A model generated the notes under the pieces. It searched no databases. It was not told the DNA's origin and worked only from the letters and a program-made list of their open reading frames with translations. Of a stretch of DNA of 64,000 bases, positions 1-8,419 are shown one piece after another. Source of the DNA: Minisyncoccota bacterium (GTDB lineage: Bacteria > Patescibacteriota > Minisyncoccia > Phycocordibacterales > UBA5272); NCBI GenBank assembly GCA_041651055.1, contig JBAZJW010000004.1, positions 2,018-66,017 of the forward strand, written 5' to 3'. Position numbers and translations under genes: made by a program. How positions within the stretch are numbered: position 1 is the stretch's first letter; every line of letters begins with the position of its first letter.

Positions 1-2654
1 GTGAATATAAAACACGCATCACCTGCTAGTGCACCCTCAGTACCAGTGGCGTTGTATTGTACCATACCTGCGGTGTCACCTGCTGCGGTAGCTGTCATGG
101 TGCTCCACGAGAGTCCACCATCACCGTCTGTGATGAGAGCTTGATTAGCGGTACCGTCAGTAGTGGGAAGGGTTAGGGTATAATTGGCAGAGATTGCTGG
201 CACCGCAATGGCGACGTAGTTTGTACTACCATCGTAGAGTCTAAATACTGTAGTAGTGTCTGTGTCACCTAAGTAGATACCAGCCTCAAAGGTTTTGAGT
301 CCACTAACTGTTTGTGCATCCTCTAGACGCATAGGAGTTTTCTGTGTACCAGCTTGAGAGAAGTAGAGTACGTCTGCTATGAAGTAGATTTGGTCCGCTG
401 TGGGAGTGAGTGCGGTGTTGCTAGTGAGTGTGATGCCACGTTGACCGTCTGTGCCTGTGCCACCTACGAATGATGCTGCGTAGATGTTTGCTGCGGTTTC
501 GATGTCACCACCTACGTAGAATTCTGTAACCCCGGTTGCGTATGTAGGGCTGGGTGACGCGCTGTCAATCGTTACTGCTCTACCAGAACCTGCGATGAGA
601 GACTGAACCGTGAGGGTGTCTGTATTGGCGTTGCCTATGGTTACGTTACCATTGAATGTGTTAGCTAATGTGAACGTATTAGCCAAGTTACGCGCTGCAA
701 GTTCTTGTGCCGCATCCTCAAGGGTGATTGCTCTTGCTGTGCTAAGTCCGGTTACTGTTATGTATCCTACGCCATCTGAGTCGTAGAATCTGTTAACGTG
801 GCTAGACGCGTCTACATCAGCAGCTGCGACTTTTTGGTAGCTTGAACCGTCTGTGATGGTGTCCATCGTGAGTGCCGCGGTCCATTGGTAGCCTGTTGCA
901 CCTGAGTTTACAATCAAGTATTGTCCCGCTGTGCCTACGGCGATTTCACTAAAGGCTGTAGTAGTGCTCAAATATGGTATCGCATATTGAGTCCATGAAC
1001 TTTTGTTCGTACCACCGTCTGCCACGGCAACATCTGTACCAGAAGCATAGTATGCTGCGTTACCAGCGACTTGTAATGCACCAGTAGAAACATTTACGTA
1101 GTTGTTGCCAAACGTCACAACTGGATCAGTGCCTGTTGATACGTCAAACGTCCATGCGATTGTAGCGTCTCCACCAGCGGCCCAGGTTCGTGCACCAGTT
1201 AACTCAGTAGGATCAAACGCGATGCTACTAGACGTGAGGTCAATAGCTAAACCCTCGGATACGATAGAGGGCGTAGACGTAGAAGCTGCAACACTTGAGT
1301 AGACTAAACCACTCGTCAGCAAGCCTAAGTTTACCTCAGCACTCAACGTAGCGTCTGCTGTGCTGACCCAGTATTTAGCGTCTGTTGGTGCACCACTTGG
1401 TGAAATAGAAACCCAACCGCCGTCATAGATTTTGAGGATGTTGTTTGTGTAGTCCCACGCTATCCAAGCGGTGTCGGTAGCAGGTACAACATCAGCCCAG
1501 CGTGGGATGGCTAAGCCGTAGTCTTGACCGGTTGTGATGGTTACACCTGAGATGTCGACAGAGTCGGTAGCTGCGAATGTAAGTGTAGCTGCGAGGTCGG
1601 TAGCGGTGATGGTGTCGTTAGTGATCATGGCTGAGGTTACAGTACCCCATGAAGGATCGGTACCGTCAGTTATCAACACTGTATTCGCTGCACCAATAGC
1701 AAGCTCCGTCCAAGCTGGAGAGGAACTTCCAATGATTAGGTCACCTCTTGTTACCGTGAGCGCAGCAATAGCTGTAAGGTCGGCATCTAGGGTTTGTGCG
1801 CCTATAGCTGTTAACGCAGCTGCGGGAGTTTTGAATTCAAGCGCGGAGTTGTCGTTGGTTGATGTAAGGAAATAATTAGTTCCACCAGATGTTAACACCG
1901 CAGCTGCAGCCGCGCCGGTGAGTTGGATTACTGAAGCATCCGCAAAGGTTAACCCTGCAACGGCAGCTAGTTCGGCGTCGTAGGCTTGGACGTTGGTGCC
2001 TATTGCTAAACCTAGGTTCGTACGTGCAGTTGCGTAGTCAGCAGAACCAAGCAACGAGACCATATTAGCTGAGGAGCTAATTACACTGGCCGTACCAGAA
2101 CCTGTGAAGTATGGTATTGCGTTTGCCGCGCTGGTTACACCTGAGATAGCTTGAAGGTCTGCGTCGAGGGTGAGGATTGTACCACTAATGGTCAGGCCCG
2201 TGCTTAGGGTGAACCACGTAACTCCACTCGCACTATCATCCCAACCCATCATGCGGTCTGCGTTAGGATCAGCCATGTAGCTGTTAGTACCACCAGCATC
2301 TAGGTCTATGTAGCCGTTGGTGTCACCGTCCCACACTGCGATGATCATATCACCACCACCTGCTGGCGTACCCAAAGTCCATGACGTGGATGAGTGGGTG
2401 TATTGCATGTACTTACCATCATCAGCCGCGTCGGGTTCTTCTACGGTTAGACCATGAATCGTGGTTGCGTCTCCTGCACCACTAGACGATTCAAAGTATA
2501 AGCCGTCACTACTGACTTTGATGTCCGATCCAGCCATGAGGTTTTGACCATTGGCTAGGTCACGTGGTCGTACTGACCAACCAAATGCTAATGAGGGTAT
2601 CAGTAGTAATGATACAATCAATGTAAACCAGAAACCACCTTTAGTTGTAACCAT
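1..2654 (-). CDS. large secreted/virion structural protein (tail-fibre-like), partial: start at 2654, C-terminus lies beyond window start
   Basis: Minus-strand frame open from ATG at 2652-2654 (AAGAGG RBS upstream) to position 1 with no stop. N-terminus MVTTKGGFWFTLIVSLLLIPSLAFG is a signal/TM segment. Rest is G/T/S/A-rich, beta-rich in character. Plus-strand ORFs listed here are antisense shadows. Confidence 0.5.
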   Translation of the reverse strand, partial: MVTTKGGFWFTLIVSLLLIPSLAFGWSVRPRDLANGQNLMAGSDIKVSSDGLYFESSSGAGDATTIHGLTVEEPDAADDGKYMQYTHSSTSWTLGTPAGGGDMIIAVWDGDTNGYIDLDAGGTNSYMADPNADRMMGWDDSASGVTWFTLSTGLTISGTILTLDADLQAISGVTSAANAIPYFTGSGTASVISSSANMVSLLGSADYATARTNLGLAIGTNVQAYDAELAAVAGLTFADASVIQLTGAAAAAVLTSGGTNYFLTSTNDNSALEFKTPAAALTAIGAQTLDADLTAIAALTVTRGDLIIGSSSPAWTELAIGAANTVLITDGTDPSWGTVTSAMITNDTITATDLAATLTFAATDSVDISGVTITTGQDYGLAIPRWADVVPATDTAWIAWDYTNNILKIYDGGWVSISPSGAPTDAKYWVSTADATLSAEVNLGLLTSGLVYSSVAASTSTPSIVSEGLAIDLTSSSIAFDPTELTGARTWAAGGDATIAWTFDVSTGTDPVVTFGNNYVNVSTGALQVAGNAAYYASGTDVAVADGGTNKSSWTQYAIPYLSTTTAFSEIAVGTAGQYLIVNSGATGYQWTAALTMDTITDGSSYQKVAAADVDASSHVNRFYDSDGVGYITVTGLSTARAITLEDAAQELAARNLANTFTLANTFNGNVTIGNANTDTLTVQSLIAGSGRAVTIDSASPSPTYATGVTEFYVGGDIETAANIYAASFVGGTGTDGQRGITLTSNTALTPTADQIYFIADVLYFSQAGTQKTPMRLEDAQTVSGLKTFEAGIYLGDTDTTTVFRLYDGSTNYVAIAVPAISANYTLTLPTTDGTANQALITDGDGGLSWSTMTATAAGDTAGMVQYNATGTEGALAGDACFIF

Positions 2655-2665
2655 GCTAATACCTC

Positions 2666-3037
2666 TTATTGAATGGCGAAGTGTGCAGTCAGCGTGGCGT
2701 TGGTGGCACCAGCTGTTTCCCACGCAGCGATTTTCATAAACCGGGCCATGGTGGGAGTGAACGTAATAACATCACGACCATCTGCGGCATTACCTGAGAT
2801 GTTGGTAAGGCCGGTTGCTATTGAGTTGCCTTCGGTGGATTGGACAAAGTTTATGGCGTCGTTCGAGAGTAAGTATCCCAACGACACACTTACTCCAGCG
2901 GTGCTGATGTAGTATTGAAGCGAGAACGTACCACTTTTGCCAAACGTGCCTATGTCTATGATGTCAGAGTAGGACGTTGTGCCAGTGGTTATTGTTGATG
3001 AGTTCCATAGTCGGTTGATTACGATGTCACGTGACAT
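2666..3037 (-). CDS. hypothetical structural protein (123 aa)
   Basis: ATG at 3035-3037 with AAGGAG 7 nt upstream. Stop abuts the start of the next gene. T/S/G-rich composition. Confidence 0.45.
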   Translation of the reverse strand: MSRDIVINRLWNSSTITTGTTSYSDIIDIGTFGKSGTFSLQYYISTAGVSVSLGYLLSNDAINFVQSTEGNSIATGLTNISGNAADGRDVITFTPTMARFMKIAAWETAGATNATLTAHFAIQ

Positions 3038-3047
3038 AGGTGTCTCC

Positions 3048-3683
3048 TTAGTGCGTCTTGGTTGCTTGTAACATAGCTTTTAAGGTGGGGGATAACTCGT
3101 GCTTATCCCCGCCGTTGCCACCGATGGTGGGAATGGGCGTGTCACTGGGAATATGTTTAGTAAACAACACCGGGTCCGGGGTGACGTTGATTACGTCGGG
3201 TTCGTCGTTAGTGGGTGCTAAGTCTGCCATTAGTTCTTTGTAAGCTGCTTCTGGGTCGTAGCCTAGGTCTGCATCGTCGTTGGTATCAGTCTCACCAGAT
3301 GAGCGTTTGGTGACTCGTAGTAATTGTTCAAACACTATAGCATTGCCTGTACCAGAAGTAGGTGTGGCTGAGTGTTGGGCTATACGGTTGAGGATGTTTT
3401 CACCCGTCTTAGTGCGTACGTCTGCACTCACGGCTTTGTCTTCGACAATGTCCACGAGAGCCTTTGCTACCTTCTCGGCCGCGTCTTCCATTATTTTAAC
3501 GGCTTTCCCATAACGATCTTCTATTATCTTACGTTGACGCTCGATTTCTTGCTTAAAGAGTGGGTTAGCTTTTATGACTGACAGTCTCGACGCACTGATT
3601 TGAAAGTTTTGTAGGATTTCTGAGTTTTTCTTGCCCTCTGCGAACTCCTTGGCGAGTTGGATATGAAAGGGTGAAAGTCTCAT
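3048..3683 (-). CDS. DNA-binding protein with N-terminal HTH (terminase-small-subunit-like or regulator), acidic C-terminal half
   Basis: ATG at 3681-3683 with AAGGAG RBS. N-terminus LSPFHIQLAKEFAEGKKNSEILQNFQIS resembles the Terminase_2/sigma-region-4-type HTH. First gene after the leftward consensus promoter. Confidence 0.45.
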   Translation of the reverse strand: MRLSPFHIQLAKEFAEGKKNSEILQNFQISASRLSVIKANPLFKQEIERQRKIIEDRYGKAVKIMEDAAEKVAKALVDIVEDKAVSADVRTKTGENILNRIAQHSATPTSGTGNAIVFEQLLRVTKRSSGETDTNDDADLGYDPEAAYKELMADLAPTNDEPDVINVTPDPVLFTKHIPSDTPIPTIGGNGGDKHELSPTLKAMLQATKTH

Positions 3684-3806
3684 GTTAAGTAACTCCTTTT
3701 AATTGGTTGCTAGGTTTCTAGGGCCGGGCCTGGCGATTATTAACTCTGTCCTCCTAGACGACTTAACTAAACTCCTCCAGGCCCAGCTTGATGACTAACT
3801 ACTTAC

Positions 3807-3858
3807 TAGCTTTACTGGGTTTCTGCTTCTTACTCTTTTTCTTAGTTTTCTTTCCCAT
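3807..3858 (-). CDS. possible 17-aa lysine-rich leader peptide (MGKKTKKKSKKQKPSKASK) in the leftward leader
   Basis: ATG at 3856-3858 (minus) with AGGAG 6 nt upstream, about 40 nt downstream of the minus-strand promoter TSS. Tiny ORF, speculative. Confidence 0.15.
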
Positions 3859-3905
3859 TTCCCGGCTCCTGTGTGTGGGTTGTTATACTCTCCCATGATT
3901 GAGAC

Positions 3906-3934
3906 ATTATAGCAGCTTTCTATAACCCTGTCAA
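3906..3934 (-). promoter_or_regulatory. sigma70-type promoter, leftward (TTGACA-N17-TATAAT, perfect consensus)
   Basis: Reverse complement of 3929-3934 is TTGACA and of 3906-3911 is TATAAT, with a 17-nt spacer. A-rich UP-like tract beyond the -35. Confidence 0.6.
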
Positions 3935-4219
3935 GACCTTTTTATAAGCGGGTCGAGATTGTGTACTTATTTGTACTCACCTACTTCTAGTCCCTCCTGA
4001 CTCTCGTCATCACTGTCATTGTAGTTACTGTCAACTACCCAAAAATTTTTGTGGAAAAAAATTTTCATGTGGAGTCCTTGTCCCCGATTTGGCCGACGTT
4101 TGGCGAAAATCGGTTCATCGGGTCGAGCGATGAGAGAGAAAACGTCAAGTGACATAGAAATAGGCTAGATTGACTAGATTTGGAGCGTCTTCTAGGATAA
4201 AGATTCCTGCATTTTTTTG

Positions 4220-4248
4220 TTGACATTCTAGATTCCATCTGATATACT
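4220..4248 (+). promoter_or_regulatory. sigma70-type promoter, rightward (TTGACA-N17-TATACT)
   Basis: TTGACA at 4220-4225, 17-nt spacer, TATACT at 4243-4248. T-run upstream. Drives gene 4421..4912. Confidence 0.6.
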
Positions 4249-4420
4249 GGCCTCAAGAAATAAGGGATTTGTTCTTTGATAGGCAAAAGATCGACCTCAA
4301 AGGGAATGTCAGGCGCGGTTCCCGGCTCCAAGCCACGGATAAAGGGAGTCGATTGACTGAAATCTGATAGAATCAGTCATCACCCGACCCCTATTCTATC
4401 CCAAATGAGAGGAGCATACT

Positions 4421-4912
4421 ATGGCTAAAAAGTCTGATCGCAAACCTATCCGCACTTATCAAGATGCCACTAGCGCGACCATGAACGTCTATCTGGTCGA
4501 AGCTACGACCAAGGACAAAGCCACTGGCAAGAGAATGGTGGTATGGTCTGGTGAATACGCTGAACCTGCCACGCTGAATGATGGTATCAAGGTCGATGGC
4601 CGGGATGAAGTGACTAAGGTCTGGAAGTCAGAGAGATTCACCAACTTCTTGGACACTCAGAGAAACGCCACCAAGGAATCCCGGTCTGCTATGATTAAAC
4701 AACTGCTTGCAGCTATGGTCGCTGGTGATGCTATCAAGGTGGTCGAACTCTCGACTAAACTCGGCATTGACCTCAAGAAGGGTCTGACCAAGATTCTCGC
4801 TGACTTGCAGGTCGAGCCTACCACTGAACCTGAACCCGAACCAGAGGACGACACAGACGATGATCCTATGGACGAAATTGCACAGGCGTTGCTTGATGAC
4901 GCTGGTAAGTAG
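4421..4912 (+). CDS. early protein with acidic C-terminal tail (163 aa), unknown function
   Basis: ATG with GAGAGGAG RBS. C-terminus EPTTEPEPEPEDDTDDDPMDEIAQALLDDAGK. First rightward gene after a strong promoter, followed by a terminator. Confidence 0.6.
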   Translation: MAKKSDRKPIRTYQDATSATMNVYLVEATTKDKATGKRMVVWSGEYAEPATLNDGIKVDGRDEVTKVWKSERFTNFLDTQRNATKESRSAMIKQLLAAMVAGDAIKVVELSTKLGIDLKKGLTKILADLQVEPTTEPEPEPEDDTDDDPMDEIAQALLDDAGK

Positions 4913-4918
4913 CGCCTA

Positions 4919-4954
4919 AAACCCTACCCATCGCAAGGTGGGTAGGGTTTTTTA
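4919..4954 (+). terminator. rho-independent terminator
   Basis: AAACCCTACCCA / loop TCGCAAGG / TGGGTAGGGTTT: a perfect 12-bp stem followed by TTTTTT. Confidence 0.7.
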
Positions 4955-4959
4955 GTGCT

Positions 4960-5385
4960 ATTATTCCATAGTCCTATCATATTATTATACCTATCCAGTT
5001 CATTTATTGAACCTATTATGTTACCATATCCATCGCACGATTAATGTTCATATTCACCCTATTTATTGGCTAAGCTATTGATTTTATTAGCTATTTAATG
5101 CCTACCAAATGTTTCCAATTTTCTATTATCTCATAAGTGATTGATTTTATTGCATATTTAATGGTTTGCTGAATGGTTTGATATACCAGTAGGGGTAGGG
5201 GGGTAGACTGGTAGTCTTTATACATATATATTTTTTTTTTTTTACTACACCCTCTACCTCTTGGTATATCAATAACCGAGAAATATCCTAAAAGGCTAAT
5301 AATATCAATAGCTTAGAGGAAATCGCTACATTAGAACATTTTATGAGTACCTAAAAGCCTAATAATATCAATAGCTTAGCGAATT
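4960..5385. repeat. AT-rich non-coding region with direct repeats (iterons) and poly-T tract; candidate ori or regulatory region
   Basis: 26-nt imperfect direct repeats ATTGATTTTATT(A/G)C(T/A)TATTTAATG at 5076 and 5141. 21-nt exact repeats CTAATAATATCAATAGCTTAG at 5296 and 5359. T13 run around 5230. Repeated TATTTATTG. Confidence 0.4.
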
Positions 5386-5388
5386 TGC

Positions 5389-5417
5389 TTGACATCCCTC
5401 AAATAATATGCTATCAT
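5389..5417 (+). promoter_or_regulatory. sigma70-type promoter (TTGACA-N17-TATCAT)
   Basis: TTGACA at 5389-5394, 17-nt spacer, TATCAT at 5412-5417, just upstream of gene 5454. Confidence 0.55.
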
Positions 5418-5453
5418 GTAGGCATCTCAAACGAATGAATAGGAGGTGTGGTT

Positions 5454-6323
5454 ATGAACAAGACTGATAAAGAACTAGAGGATGAGTTTAATAAAGCTAT
5501 GTTAGAGGACGTTGATCCAGTGTGTATGAAACAGAACGAGGGAGTAGTGTTAACGCAGGTAGAATATAGTGAGTCAGTGGACACTACTACACACGCTACT
5601 ACAGACACCCTGCCCGGTCAGGGGTATGGTAGACATAAGAACCAACAGGTGCAATTAAGCAGAGCACGTCAAAGACAAAAGAAGCAAGACACCTTACCAA
5701 TGATAGGTGGAGAGTATGGTATGTATGCGTGTGATAATGCCGTTGCTAGAGTGTTGTGGATGGCTAAGGGACAAGATAGTATTAAGCCTAGGTGGGCAGT
5801 GAAGGCGTTGGTGACACTTAGGGATAATGGGGTGTGTCAGGTATGTGGTGATGAGTGTGATACACATGGAGAGGTGGTTAGAAAGACACCATCGGTAGCA
5901 GGTGGGGAGTTCAATGAGTTTAATTGCATATTGGTGTGTCCAAATTGTTATGCAGTGTGGCCTAAGAAGAGTTTTGATAAGACTAGATCACCAATGTTGA
6001 ATATATATACACAATATATGTATGTGTTGAAACGTAGAGGATTTGGTAGAAAGGGTGCGGTGCCACTGTCTGCTAAGGGTATGGAGAAGTATAGGGAGGT
6101 GTGTCATAGGTTAGAAGATAGCCAGATACGGCTAGAGGTAGAGTTAGAGAACATGCAACGTACGGTTGGTAAGGAGATTGTTAAGAGACGTATGACAGAG
6201 GAGGAGTACATGGAGATGATTAGTATGAAAAAGAAACCAATTAAAGACATAGAAGTTTCAAATCTTGAACCGGATATGTCAGTAGATGAGGATGGTACGG
6301 TATGGAGGACAGTTAAGGAATGA
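5454..6323 (+). CDS. HNH-like endonuclease-domain protein (290 aa)
   Basis: AGGAGG RBS 7 nt upstream of ATG 5454. Motif CQVCGDECDTHGEVVRK...GGEFNEFNCILVCPNCY has the CxxC...H...N...CxxC HNH layout, with the last His replaced by Tyr. Confidence 0.45.
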   Translation: MNKTDKELEDEFNKAMLEDVDPVCMKQNEGVVLTQVEYSESVDTTTHATTDTLPGQGYGRHKNQQVQLSRARQRQKKQDTLPMIGGEYGMYACDNAVARVLWMAKGQDSIKPRWAVKALVTLRDNGVCQVCGDECDTHGEVVRKTPSVAGGEFNEFNCILVCPNCYAVWPKKSFDKTRSPMLNIYTQYMYVLKRRGFGRKGAVPLSAKGMEKYREVCHRLEDSQIRLEVELENMQRTVGKEIVKRRMTEEEYMEMISMKKKPIKDIEVSNLEPDMSVDEDGTVWRTVKE

Positions 6324-6494
6324 CTGAATAGCACCTTTCCCGTCCCGGATCGTCGAGATTAGTCCACCGAGCGAGCGTAGCGAGGGAGGGCCGTGTGGGT
6401 AGCAACGAGACTAGACTCACACATGTAGTCCAAACGTAGGAGTAAGCCTAGTTGGTGAGAGCTAAATAGCTGAAATGATTAGAGAATTTGAGAA

Positions 6495-6509
6495 AGCTAT
6501 AATATAGCT
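6495..6509. promoter_or_regulatory. 7-1-7 perfect inverted repeat AGCTATA-A-TATAGCT (operator-like) upstream of promoter 6572
   Basis: Palindrome read directly from the sequence. The AGCTAT/ATAGCT core recurs at 5072, 5089, 5311, 5374, 6506 and 6529. Confidence 0.3.
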
Positions 6510-6571
6510 ATATTGTAGCCATGCCATAAGCTATTGGAATCATTAAGCAATCAAGATATTTTCGATTTTTC

Positions 6572-6600
6572 TTGACAATCTCGCTCCAATATGCTATAAT
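6572..6600 (+). promoter_or_regulatory. sigma70-type promoter (TTGACA-N17-TATAAT, perfect consensus)
   Basis: TTGACA at 6572-6577, 17-nt spacer, TATAAT at 6595-6600. Confidence 0.65.
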
Positions 6601-6669
6601 TGTCCAGATAATTGAAGTAGGCAATAAGTGAGGATTAGACTAGGATTAACCCATAAAAGAGAGGAGACC

Positions 6670-6903
6670 ATGAAAATCACGGTTCCAGCCCACAAATGCT
6701 ACAAATATGAAGAGGTTTGGGAAGTTGTAGAATTCAAGGACGGTTGCATATATAAGACCGAGCCTCTAGGGTTTGTAGTAGCCATAGATGATCCAGATTA
6801 TGACAGAATAGACAGAAGTAGATATACATTGGCCACGATAAATGCCAAACCCGGCAAAGAGTATGTGTTAGAACTGTACAAAGCACAGAAGATCGCAAAC
6901 TAA
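6670..6903 (+). CDS. hypothetical early protein (77 aa)
   Basis: ATG preceded by the conserved AAAAGAGAGGAGACC motif. The ORF track start at 6628 is a read-through of the leader. Confidence 0.5.
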   Translation: MKITVPAHKCYKYEEVWEVVEFKDGCIYKTEPLGFVVAIDDPDYDRIDRSRYTLATINAKPGKEYVLELYKAQKIAN

Positions 6904-6920
6904 AAGAGAGGAGACTCCAA

Positions 6921-7040
6921 ATGACCCCAAAAGCCGCACGGAAGTTACTCAGAAAGTACAACTACCACATTATGAACCACAAGGTTGGTAACGCCACAGC
7001 TCCAGACTGGATGTTGAGGTTGTGGAAAAAGTGTACATAA
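6921..7040 (+). CDS. small basic protein (39 aa)
   Basis: ATG preceded by AAAAGAGAGGAGACTCCAA. MTPKAARKLLRKYNYHIMNHKVGNATAPDWMLRLWKKCT. Confidence 0.35.
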   Translation: MTPKAARKLLRKYNYHIMNHKVGNATAPDWMLRLWKKCT

Positions 7041-7263
7041 GCAGCACTCAAGGGGTAGGCTAACGTGAAACCCTCCAGCCAAACTATAGGACACTCACTT
7101 GAAGCGTATCTCAGGTCACGTGAGGTGGTGTATGGTAAATCTAACTATCATAACAATCTAGCCAAGTATCCTAACCGGATTAAGTTGCAAACCCATCGTA
7201 GGGTCAGTGGGATCGACGATGGGTTTGTGACGTTTAGGAAGTATAAAAAGAGAGGAGACTAAC

Positions 7264-7443
7264 ATGACTACAAACAAGGTAGTAGTTGAACTTACACTAA
7301 AGCAGTTGGATGATTTACTGTCCAATAGAGTCTCACAAATGAAACCTGTTATTGAGTATATCAGGGATAACGTGCAAGACGTTGAAGACTACATTCCAGA
7401 CCTCGCAGACCTGGACATGGGTGAGCTTGAGGACGAAGGCTAA
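7264..7443 (+). CDS. small acidic protein (59 aa)
   Basis: ATG preceded by AAAAAGAGAGGAGACTAAC. Confidence 0.45.
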   Translation: MTTNKVVVELTLKQLDDLLSNRVSQMKPVIEYIRDNVQDVEDYIPDLADLDMGELEDEG

Positions 7444-7445
7444 TC

Positions 7446-7715
7446 ATGTACATACCCACCCCACTAGATGAATACGTTGTCACCCCAATGCCAGACGGGA
7501 CGTATAGCGTGTGGAATGAACCCAAGGACACACGTTATGCCGTCTGGCAGGCTGGCAACGGTAGGTACAGATGTACATGTGATCATTGGACTTATCGTTG
7601 CAAACTTTGGGGCGCGGATTGCAAACATATCACACTCGTCAAGGCGAGTAACAAAAGAGAGGAGACTAACTATGAAAAAGCCCACCAAAACAGACAAAGG
7701 TATCAAAGCCTTTAA
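7446..7715 (+). CDS. SWIM-type zinc-finger protein (89 aa)
   Basis: CTCDHWTYRCKLWGADCKH fits the CxCxnCxH SWIM pattern. The 3' end runs through the next gene's conserved leader. Confidence 0.5.
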   Translation: MYIPTPLDEYVVTPMPDGTYSVWNEPKDTRYAVWQAGNGRYRCTCDHWTYRCKLWGADCKHITLVKASNKREETNYEKAHQNRQRYQSL

Positions 7716-8097
7716 AGTTGTTGGCCCTCAGGGGTATGGCACGAATGTTACGGGTGCTATTTTTGGTGTTCGTGGTATCACTCCAACCATTCGAGAGTTT
7801 CTCGACAAGTATCCAAACTATTTCCCAAAATACAAACGTGGTGCTATTATTAACCAAGCGCCGAAGAGTGCTGGAGTGTTTTGTTTCAGCACCATTGTGG
7901 ATGCTCGTAAGTTTATACACAATAACTTCCAACTTCGTGAGCAGGACGTCAAAATACTCCAGGTAACTGGTTGGGGACGTAGGAAGATCACTGAAATAAT
8001 ACCTGGTTGTATGGAACTTAGTACGCTGTTTCGAAAGTGTGACCCATTTGACTTAACGCGGGCACCCCCAAGGAACCATCGGCTTCAGACGCATTAA
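7672..8097 (+). CDS. hypothetical protein (141 aa)
   Basis: ATG preceded by AAAAGAGAGGAGACTAAC. In frame with track ORF 7468..8097. Confidence 0.5.
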   Translation: MKKPTKTDKGIKAFKVVGPQGYGTNVTGAIFGVRGITPTIREFLDKYPNYFPKYKRGAIINQAPKSAGVFCFSTIVDARKFIHNNFQLREQDVKILQVTGWGRRKITEIIPGCMELSTLFRKCDPFDLTRAPPRNHRLQTH

Positions 8098-8130
8098 AGT
8101 GGGCAACAAAATAAGAGAGGACAAAAAGTC

Positions 8131-8412
8131 ATGACAACCATTCTAGGCCAACATATTTCACTCATACGGCCCTCACCACCACACAGGGCCATCGTCTACA
8201 AAAACGAGCGACCCCGGCCTAAGTCTCCAGTTAGGAGCAAACGCGCCATGTGTGGTAAGGTTCGTTTGATATGTGTGGAAGTTCTAGGTGGGATTATCTA
8301 CTCCATCACTAAAGGCACACACTTAAACGTCATACAAACCTTCAACATAGACCCAAGTAGGGTGATACGAACAGGTTGGCAACTCGATAACAACCAGTTC
8401 ATATGGCGGTGA
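8131..8412 (+). CDS. hypothetical protein (93 aa)
   Basis: ATG preceded by the variant motif AATAAGAGAGGAC. Confidence 0.45.
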   Translation: MTTILGQHISLIRPSPPHRAIVYKNERPRPKSPVRSKRAMCGKVRLICVEVLGGIIYSITKGTHLNVIQTFNIDPSRVIRTGWQLDNNQFIWR

Positions 8413-8419
8413 GGTGAGT

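Noticed and set aside
1102-2912. Plus-strand ORFs 1102..1302, 1534..1875, 2551..2739 and 2673..2912 from the six-frame track
   Set aside because: They lie antisense to the long, uninterrupted minus-strand structural genes (1..2654 and 2666..3037). They have no RBS and low-complexity A/V/S translations typical of shadow ORFs.
3967-4331. Minus-strand ORFs 3967..4155 and 4065..4331
   Set aside because: They span the divergent promoter spacer and run across the rightward -35/-10 elements. They have no SD and are not compatible with the mapped promoter geometry.
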